From Thermoproteota archaeon (GTDB taxonomy: Archaea; Korarchaeota; Korarchaeia; Korarchaeales; Korarchaeaceae): a stretch of DNA of 20,651 bases. Shown one piece after another: positions 14,483-20,651 of this stretch. The position numbers and the translations under genes are program-made. The stretch covers positions 1-20,651 of the forward strand of contig JAOZFI010000015.1 of NCBI GenBank assembly GCA_027491395.1. Direction: 5' to 3'. The notes beneath the pieces were generated by a model that was not told where the DNA came from, ran no database searches, and was given only the letters and a program-made list of their open reading frames with translations. Each line of letters opens with the position of its first letter. Position 1 is the stretch's first letter.

Positions 14483-16051
14483 TTGGGGCCCGAGAGAGAA
14501 GAGGGAAACCAAGAGTACAAGCTGAAGCTCGATCCTCAGTCGGAAGAGCGGATAGCCAAACTCATAACCCAGCTGAATTACAGGCTCAACGAGGGCGGAG
14601 GGGAGGCTTTCTACGAGCTTGGGATATCGGATGACGGTCTACCCGTGGGCTTGACCGAGGACGAGGCCAAGAGGACGTTCGAGGTCATGGACAGGATCGT
14701 TGAGAGTCTGGGAGCGAAGTACATGGTGGTGAGGCGAGAGAAGGCCTCCAGAGGATACGTGTACGAGCTCCTGATAAGGAAGACCGTAGATGTTCCTCCG
14801 ATCCAGATATCGATCGCCCTCTTGGGCAACGTGGATGCTGGCAAGTCGACCCTGAAGGGAGTCCTCGTCTCCGGCATGCTCGACGACGGGGATGGGCTGG
14901 CCATGAGCCAGGTCGCGAGGTATCTGCATGAGCTTAAGTACAGGAGGTCTTCCTCTGTCACCTATCACATCCTAGGATTCGATAACAGGGGGAGGTCGGT
15001 AAACGATGAGCTGGAGGGATACAACGAGTCCGAGATATACCTCAGGTCCTCCAAGGTGATAACGCTGGTTGACTTGGCGGGCCACGAGAAGTATCTCAGA
15101 ACCACCCTGAAGGGGGTGCTTGGCTCCATGCCAGATTACGCGGCTATAATCGTAGCGGGGAACGCGGGGCCCATAGGAAGCTTCAAGGAGCACCTAGGCA
15201 TTTCAGTGGCCCTCAAGATCCCATCCTTCATAGTGATCACGAAGGTGGATATGACACCTAAACAGGTGCTCTCCTCCAACATAAGGAAGGTCACCGATTA
15301 CCTCAAGCTGCCCGGAGTGAACAGGATCCCCTATCCGGTGAGAAACGAGAACGACTGCGCAGTGGCCGCCAGGAACATGCCCCACGGGAGGATAACGCCC
15401 ATATTCCTCGTATCAAACGTCACCGGTGAGGGGCTTGACCTACTCAAGAAGTTCCTCAACCTTCTTCCCCCCAGACTCAACTGGAGTGATAAGGAGAGGG
15501 AACCATTCCTCACCTACGTGGACGACAAGTTCAACGTTACGGGAGTGGGGCTGGTCATATCCGGTTTGGTGGAGTCAGGTGCGATCTCCGTGGGTCAGAG
15601 GGCCCTCCTAGGACCGTTCGACGACGGCTCGTTCAGGACCGTCAGGGTGAAGTCCATCCATGTGAGCAGGATCTCGGTGGAGAGGGTTTCTGCAGGCCAG
15701 TTCGCCACATTCGCAGTCACCAATGTGGATTACGACGAGATAAGGAAGGGAATGGTCCTCTTGGATGTGGATGCGAAGCCTAGAGCTGTAAGGACGTTCA
15801 GAGCGAACATAAGGGTGCTCCACCATCCCACGACCATCAGGATTGGCTACGAGCCAGTAATCCAGCTCAGAACGATAAGACAACCCGTGAAGCTTATCGA
15901 CTCACCGAAGCCTTACCTCCGGACGGGAGACAAGGCTGAAGTGGTATTCAGGTTCATCAGAAGGCCTGAGTACGTGAGGGTAGGGGATACATTCGTCTTC
16001 AGGGAGGGCAGGACCAAGGGCTTGGGTAAGATAACGGGGATAGTGGAGTAG
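14483..16051 (+). CDS. GTPBP1/GTPBP2-family translational GTPase (aGTPBP)
   Basis: N-terminal PEREEGNQEYKLKL...LITQLNYRLNEGGGEAFYELGISDDG as in eukaryotic GTPBP1/2. G1 GNVDAGKST, G3 DLAG(HEKY), G4 TKVD, EF-Tu-like domains II/III and FREGRTKGLG. Start placed at TTG 14483 (after TATA and SD). The track's GTG 14384 runs through the promoter region. Confidence 0.92.
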   Translation: MGPEREEGNQEYKLKLDPQSEERIAKLITQLNYRLNEGGGEAFYELGISDDGLPVGLTEDEAKRTFEVMDRIVESLGAKYMVVRREKASRGYVYELLIRKTVDVPPIQISIALLGNVDAGKSTLKGVLVSGMLDDGDGLAMSQVARYLHELKYRRSSSVTYHILGFDNRGRSVNDELEGYNESEIYLRSSKVITLVDLAGHEKYLRTTLKGVLGSMPDYAAIIVAGNAGPIGSFKEHLGISVALKIPSFIVITKVDMTPKQVLSSNIRKVTDYLKLPGVNRIPYPVRNENDCAVAARNMPHGRITPIFLVSNVTGEGLDLLKKFLNLLPPRLNWSDKEREPFLTYVDDKFNVTGVGLVISGLVESGAISVGQRALLGPFDDGSFRTVRVKSIHVSRISVERVSAGQFATFAVTNVDYDEIRKGMVLLDVDAKPRAVRTFRANIRVLHHPTTIRIGYEPVIQLRTIRQPVKLIDSPKPYLRTGDKAEVVFRFIRRPEYVRVGDTFVFREGRTKGLGKITGIVE

Positions 16052-16057
16052 ATAGGA

Positions 16058-17899
16058 GTGAGGGTAAAGGTAGGAGGTAAGATATACGAGAGATCTGTTC
16101 CCGATCACCTCTTCAACGAGGTGAAGGAGAAGGTCAAGTCCGTATGCCGCTTCGATCCTTCGACTAAGACCTGGATATTCGACCCGAAGAAGGCCCTGTG
16201 CTCCAAGTGGGATGTCCTAGTGGAGTTCTTTCACGTGCCTGAGGAGGAGATCAGGAGGGAGCTGGATGAGTTCAAGGCTGAGGTGGACGCTAGGCTGAGG
16301 GAGATGATTGATAGGGGCTATTTCGCATTTCTCCCGTGTGAGGAGGTGAGAAGGCCCTTCAGGACGGAGGGAGGACTGGCTCTACTTGACCTGGGAGAGG
16401 TGGAGAGGATCATATCCAAGGAGGGGCCCCTCAAGGCATACGATATCATCCTAGGTTTCATAAATGGCTATTACTTGGAAGAGCATCTAAGAAAGCTGGA
16501 ATCTCTATTCTCATCCAAGAGAGTGGTGATCCTGAGGGATGCAGGTAGGAAGATGGTCATAGAGGTACCTTACCCCGAGGAGGGCATCATGAATAGTTTG
16601 GAGCTCACCTCCAAGGTGAAATACTACGTGAGAACCTTGAAGGACGTTCAGGTAAAGGAGCTCACCGTGTTGAATAGGAAGAACTACAACGCATTCGAAG
16701 CCCCCTTCTTCATGCATCACAGAGTTCGAGACATAGCCAAGAGGCACAACTACTCCGTCTCAGATGAGGTGAACTGGCCCGATCAGGACGTGGCCCTCTA
16801 CAAGGACTTCTCCCTCTACGACTTCCAGAGGCAGGCGGTCGACAGCTGGGAGAGGAACGGAAGGTTCGGTACCGTGGTCATGCCTACTGGGGCTGGCAAG
16901 ACCTACGTCGGCTTGGAAGCGATCTTCAGGACCTCTAAAAGTACTTTGATCTGCGTGGTGACCGAAGAGCTCGCTAAGCAGTGGTTCGAACTGATAAGCG
17001 AGAAACTCTCATTCAAGCCTGGGATTTTCACGGGGAGGAAGAAGGAGATAAGGCCGATCACGGTGGGAATCTACAACTCGGTGGCCAAGCACATAGAGGG
17101 AATATTCGACAAGTTCAGCCTAATAATCTTCGATGAAGTCCACCATGTACCGGCTGCCACGTTCAAGGAGATAGCGTTCAAGGCAAAGGCCAAGTATAGG
17201 CTGGGATTATCCGCCACCCCAGAGAGGGCAGACGGGAACCATCATCTCATATTCCTTACGTCCGGGGAGGTCGTTTACAAGGTGGACTACGAGCAGCTCC
17301 TCTCCATGGGATTCTTGGCTCCGGTGAGGCACCACGTGTTGTATGTAGAGCTCTCCCCTGAGGAGAGGAGGCAGATGTCGAGGGAGCTTCTAATGGCCAG
17401 AAGTGATGAGGAGAGGAGGTTGATCGAAAAGAAATACGCCCTCAAAGCGAAGGCTAAAGTAGGGAAGGTGTTGGATCTGCTGAGAGACCTTGAGGGGAGG
17501 AAGATACTCATATTCACCGAGTACATAGATCAGGCCGAGGAGATATACAGGAAGGCCAAGGAGTTAGGTTACAGGGTCGAGCTTCTGATAGGCAAGACGA
17601 CTAACAGAGCCGAGATATTCGACAGGTTCAGGAGTGGTGATGTGAACATAATAGTGACAACCCGCGTACTAGATGAGGGCATCGATGTGCCTGACGCCGA
17701 TGTGGCCATCATAGTCAGCGGTTCTGGTTCTAGGAGACAAATGGCTCAGAGGGTTGGGAGAGTGGTAAGAGGGGCTCCTGGGAAGGTAGCAGATGTTTAC
17801 GAGATAATTACCAAGGGAACGATCGAGGAGAGGCTATCTAAGATGAGAAGGAGGGGATTACCGATCTCCTCTAGGCGTAGGAGGGACGCGAAATTTTAA
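16058..17899 (+). CDS. XPB/Rad25-like superfamily 2 helicase with long N-terminal extension
   Basis: Q-motif LYDFQRQAV, Walker A MPTGAGKT, DEVHH, GLSATPERADG, LDEGIDVPDA and QRVGRVVR. GTG start 6 nt after the GTPase stop with SD AGGAG. Confidence 0.88.
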   Translation: MRVKVGGKIYERSVPDHLFNEVKEKVKSVCRFDPSTKTWIFDPKKALCSKWDVLVEFFHVPEEEIRRELDEFKAEVDARLREMIDRGYFAFLPCEEVRRPFRTEGGLALLDLGEVERIISKEGPLKAYDIILGFINGYYLEEHLRKLESLFSSKRVVILRDAGRKMVIEVPYPEEGIMNSLELTSKVKYYVRTLKDVQVKELTVLNRKNYNAFEAPFFMHHRVRDIAKRHNYSVSDEVNWPDQDVALYKDFSLYDFQRQAVDSWERNGRFGTVVMPTGAGKTYVGLEAIFRTSKSTLICVVTEELAKQWFELISEKLSFKPGIFTGRKKEIRPITVGIYNSVAKHIEGIFDKFSLIIFDEVHHVPAATFKEIAFKAKAKYRLGLSATPERADGNHHLIFLTSGEVVYKVDYEQLLSMGFLAPVRHHVLYVELSPEERRQMSRELLMARSDEERRLIEKKYALKAKAKVGKVLDLLRDLEGRKILIFTEYIDQAEEIYRKAKELGYRVELLIGKTTNRAEIFDRFRSGDVNIIVTTRVLDEGIDVPDADVAIIVSGSGSRRQMAQRVGRVVRGAPGKVADVYEIITKGTIEERLSKMRRRGLPISSRRRRDAKF

Positions 17900-17900
17900 A
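17894..17900 (+). promoter_or_regulatory. TATA box of feoAB (overlaps the helicase stop codon)
   Basis: AAATTTTAAA, ~20-25 nt upstream of the operator palindrome. Confidence 0.6.
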
Positions 17901-17917
17901 GTAGTGAACTCCCCTAG

Positions 17918-17939
17918 AAGTTAGGTTAGCCTAACTTAT
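17918..17939. promoter_or_regulatory. DtxR/IdeR-type metal-responsive operator (iron box)
   Basis: Palindrome AAGTTAGG-TTAG-CCTAACTT (17918-17937). TTAGGTTAGCCTAACTTAT (17921-17939) matches the DtxR consensus TTAGGTTAGCCTAACCTAA at 17/19. It lies over the expected TSS of feoAB. Confidence 0.85.
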
Positions 17940-17955
17940 GCTTGGAGGGGAGGCG

Positions 17956-18192
17956 ATGGATGGAAACTTACTGCCTCTAATCGCGTTGAGACCGGGTCAG
18001 AGAGGTCGCATCGTAACTATGAATGTGGGCAGGGGGAAGGCTAGGAGGCTGATGGAGCTGGGCCTCCTCCCAGGAGAAGTGGTGGAGGTTATCTCGAATT
18101 CAGTGGGGCCCGTCGTCCTCAGGGTTAGAGGGATGACATTGGCCTTGGGAAGGAACGTCGCCTCCCGCGTATGGGTGGAGGTGATCCCGTGA
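17956..18192 (+). CDS. feoA: Ferrous iron transport protein A
   Basis: Motifs LRPGQRGRI, RRLMELGLLPGEVVEV and GPVVLRVRGMTLALGR. ATG 17956 follows GGAGGGGAGG, whereas ATG 17938 lies inside the operator. Confidence 0.93.
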   Translation: MDGNLLPLIALRPGQRGRIVTMNVGRGKARRLMELGLLPGEVVEVISNSVGPVVLRVRGMTLALGRNVASRVWVEVIP

Positions 18193-20285
18193 GCGAGGTG
18201 CTGGTAGCGCTGGCGGGCTCTCCAAACGTGGGTAAAAGCACACTCTTCAACAGGATAACGGGAGGCGACGTTCACGTCGCTAACTGGCCAGGAGTCACAC
18301 TCCAGAGAGCTGAGGGAAAAACAGAACACCACGGGATCGCTCTTAGGATAATTGACCTTCCGGGAACGTACAGCCTTTCTGCTCAGGACATAGGGGAGAA
18401 AATAGCGAGAGAATTCATAGTAGAGGAGAAGCCGGATGTCATCGTCATAGTAGTGGACGCTACCTCCTTGGAGAAGTCCCTATACTTCGCGGTAATGGCC
18501 CTTGAACTCTACCGGAAGGCAGTGATAGCTTTGAACATGATAGATGCGGCTGAGAAGAGGGGAATACATATAGATACTGAGGGACTGGAATCCAAGCTAG
18601 GGGTTCCGGTCGTTCCAGTTTCCGCCCTGAAGGGTATCGGCTTGGGTGTACTCTTGGACAGGATCTTAGATGTGGTCCAAGGAAGGGCGAGGACCTGCCC
18701 CCTCAGGGTCGACTACAACGGACTGGAGACCTTCATCCACGAGGTAGAGGGGTTACTCAGAGATAAGGGTGCTCTCGATAAATATCCGAGTCGTTGGGCC
18801 GCTGTTCGACTCTTAGAGGGAGATGAGGTCCTTCTAGATGAGCTGAAGAAGGAGAATCCGGAACTGGCTAGGAAAGTGCATTCCATCAGGGAACGGGCTA
18901 GAATTGAGCTTGGGGAGGATCCGGAGAGGATAGCCATAAGCTCCCGATACTCTCTGATAGACGAGATCGTCAGCTCCACCGTAACGAGGGTGAGGCTGGC
19001 TGCCCCTACCCTCTCCGAGAAACTGGATCAGCTGATGCTCCATCCAGTGGCGGGTCCCGTAGCATCGGTTCTCCTGATTCTTTTTACGTTCTTCCTGATC
19101 TTCGCGGTTAATACCGGTTTCCCGCTTAACATACTCTTAGACCACATGGGGTACAACGAACTAGCTGCCCTCGTGGAGGAGTACAGCCTTTCGGGCATCT
19201 TAGGTTCCCTCTTCGATTGGCTATCCTCCGCTCTCTCGGAATGGTTGACCTCTATGGGATACGAGGATTGGTTGGTGGGCCTCGTCTCCGACGGTATAAT
19301 AGGGAGCATCGGCACGCTTGCATCCTTCATTCCCCTCCTCCTGATGGCTTACGTGTTTCTCGGCGCCATGCAGGACAGCGGGCTCTTCCCTAGGGCGGCT
19401 GTGTCCCTCGACAATCTGTTCAGGAGATTTGGATTGAGTGGTAGAGCTTTCTTTCCCGCAGCCTTGGGCATGGGATGCAGTGTAGCGGCCGTAGTGTCCA
19501 CCCGAGCCATGGACGATGACCGGGAGAGGATGGTTGCCGCCATGGCTTCGCCCCTCATCCCCTGTCAGGCCCGCCTCCTTGTGCTGCTGGCACTCGCTTC
19601 CGCCGCCTTCACGAATCCCTTGGAGCAGTCGGCCCTGACAGTCTCCGTGTACCTCCTGAGCTTTGTTCTCTACCTACTGACGTCAAAGCTCCTGAACAAG
19701 TTCGTGTTCAAGGTGGAGTACGCCCCCGATCTGGTCATGGAGCTCCCTCCATACCACAGACCCAGCCTCAGGGTCATATGGTGGTACGCCAGGAGCAACA
19801 CGGAGCACTTCGTGAAGAAGGCGGGATTGCTCATATTCTTCCTTGGAGTAACCACATGGTTCCTCCTTAATTTCGGGCCCACTGGTTACCTGTCACAGGG
19901 AGACATATCTATGAGTTACGCGGCCATCCTAGGCAATCTACTGACCCCAGTGACCTCCCTCATAGGGTTGCCCGATTGGAGGTATGCTCTCGCCTTCGAG
20001 GTGGGGTTCGTGGCGAAGGAAGGGCTCCTCATAACCTTCTCCAGCATAACCGGCGCAGCCGACCCCGTGGAGGCCCTGAGGTCCATAGGTATAACTCCTC
20101 TCAAGGCCGTGTCCATGGCCTTAGCAATGAACTACTACGTACCCTGTCTCGCAACTGTCGCAGCCCTCTTCTCAGAGCTGAGAATTGGGAAATACGTCCT
20201 GTTGACGGTGGCAATTGAGATAGCGCTGGCGCTCCTACTGGCCGGGACGGCGTACTGGGTCGGCATTTTGATGGGCCTCTCCTGA
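18189..20285 (+). CDS. feoB: Ferrous iron transport protein B
   Basis: G1 GSPNVGKS, G2 NWPGVT, G3 DLPGTYSL, G4 NMID, gate motifs GMGCSVAA, PLIPCQARL, MELPPYHRP and YVPCLAT. GTG 18189 overlaps the feoA TGA (GTGA) and follows a perfect GGAGGTGATCC SD. Confidence 0.97.
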   Translation: MSEVLVALAGSPNVGKSTLFNRITGGDVHVANWPGVTLQRAEGKTEHHGIALRIIDLPGTYSLSAQDIGEKIAREFIVEEKPDVIVIVVDATSLEKSLYFAVMALELYRKAVIALNMIDAAEKRGIHIDTEGLESKLGVPVVPVSALKGIGLGVLLDRILDVVQGRARTCPLRVDYNGLETFIHEVEGLLRDKGALDKYPSRWAAVRLLEGDEVLLDELKKENPELARKVHSIRERARIELGEDPERIAISSRYSLIDEIVSSTVTRVRLAAPTLSEKLDQLMLHPVAGPVASVLLILFTFFLIFAVNTGFPLNILLDHMGYNELAALVEEYSLSGILGSLFDWLSSALSEWLTSMGYEDWLVGLVSDGIIGSIGTLASFIPLLLMAYVFLGAMQDSGLFPRAAVSLDNLFRRFGLSGRAFFPAALGMGCSVAAVVSTRAMDDDRERMVAAMASPLIPCQARLLVLLALASAAFTNPLEQSALTVSVYLLSFVLYLLTSKLLNKFVFKVEYAPDLVMELPPYHRPSLRVIWWYARSNTEHFVKKAGLLIFFLGVTTWFLLNFGPTGYLSQGDISMSYAAILGNLLTPVTSLIGLPDWRYALAFEVGFVAKEGLLITFSSITGAADPVEALRSIGITPLKAVSMALAMNYYVPCLATVAALFSELRIGKYVLLTVAIEIALALLLAGTAYWVGILMGLS

Positions 20286-20293
20286 GGCCCAAA

Positions 20294-20300
20294 TTTTAAT
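20294..20300 (+). promoter_or_regulatory. TATA box of a leaderless Lrp/AsnC gene
   Basis: AAATTTTAAT lies ~23-29 nt before ATG 20323 with no SD. Confidence 0.55.
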
Positions 20301-20322
20301 TTCGTGATCGTCATAAAACTCG

Positions 20323-20651
20323 ATGGACGAACTGGATGCCCGCATACTCGACGAGATTATAAAGAATGGGAGGATTACCCTGACCGAGCTTGCGAAAAGG
20401 GTGAAGGCTCCTAGAACAACCTTAACCTCTAGATTCAAGAAACTGATCGAATCTGGATATGTGAAGGGATTTACGGCGATAATAAACTACAAGAAACTTG
20501 GATATCAGCTAACTGCCTTCGTCCTAGTTCAGATAAGGAGGGGAAAGCCAGTAGGTGATAAATCTAACCAAGAGATCTTCATAGAAAACATAGCAGCCGA
20601 ATCCGAATCTAGGCCCGATCTCCCGTGGGTAGAGGAAGCTCACATAATCAC
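20323..20651 (+). CDS. Lrp/AsnC family transcriptional regulator (3' end truncated by the window)
   Basis: Manual translation MDELDARILDEIIKNGRITLTELAKRVKAPRTTLTSRFKKLIESGYVKGFTAIINYKKLGYQLTAFVLVQIRRG...VEEAHIIT gives an AsnC HTH plus the start of the RAM domain. It is absent from the ORF track because there is no stop in the window. Confidence 0.92.
   Translation, partial: MDELDARILDEIIKNGRITLTELAKRVKAPRTTLTSRFKKLIESGYVKGFTAIINYKKLGYQLTAFVLVQIRRGKPVGDKSNQEIFIENIAAESESRPDLPWVEEAHII

Noticed and set aside
14483-16051. SelB or EF-1alpha call, or a selenocysteine system
   Set aside because: The N-terminal GTPBP1/2 domain and DLAGHEKY identify aGTPBP. No in-frame TGA readthrough or SECIS context is evident.
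18171-18188. ATG 18171 as the feoB start
   Set aside because: GTG 18189 has a perfect SD and a GTGA overlap with feoA, and it gives the usual short lead into the G1 strand.
20235-20438. 67-aa minus-strand ORF
   Set aside because: It is antisense to the feoB 3' end and to the clear Lrp/AsnC gene starting at 20323.

Overview
Archaeal chromosomal window, probably from a thermophile. The glyoxylate reductase and overall gene content recall Korarchaeia, but this is from memory and needs a BLAST check. The first ~8.6 kb is a cell-envelope cluster. It contains (i) a 915-aa S-layer protein of the S_layer_N/S_layer_C type with no C-terminal membrane anchor, (ii) an 810-aa membrane-anchored protein with an (alpha/alpha)-barrel head resembling an alpha-2-macroglobulin thioester domain or prenyltransferase repeat on an Ig-like stalk, (iii) a coupled 202-aa membrane protein that echoes S-layer domain motifs, (iv) tRNA-Arg(TCT), and (v) a 731-aa Ig-stalk surface glycoprotein with a low-GC N-terminal part. 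The rest is housekeeping: a stand-alone rpl12 followed by alaS, a DUF434 PIN-like gene and mtnA; gyaR on the minus strand; a GTPBP1/2-family translational GTPase followed by an XPB/Rad25-like helicase; feoAB behind a near-perfect DtxR/IdeR box; and a truncated Lrp/AsnC regulator missed by the ORF track. I found no CRISPR array, transposase or integrase. The best candidate for an undescribed system is the multi-component S-layer/anchor/TED-domain envelope module.
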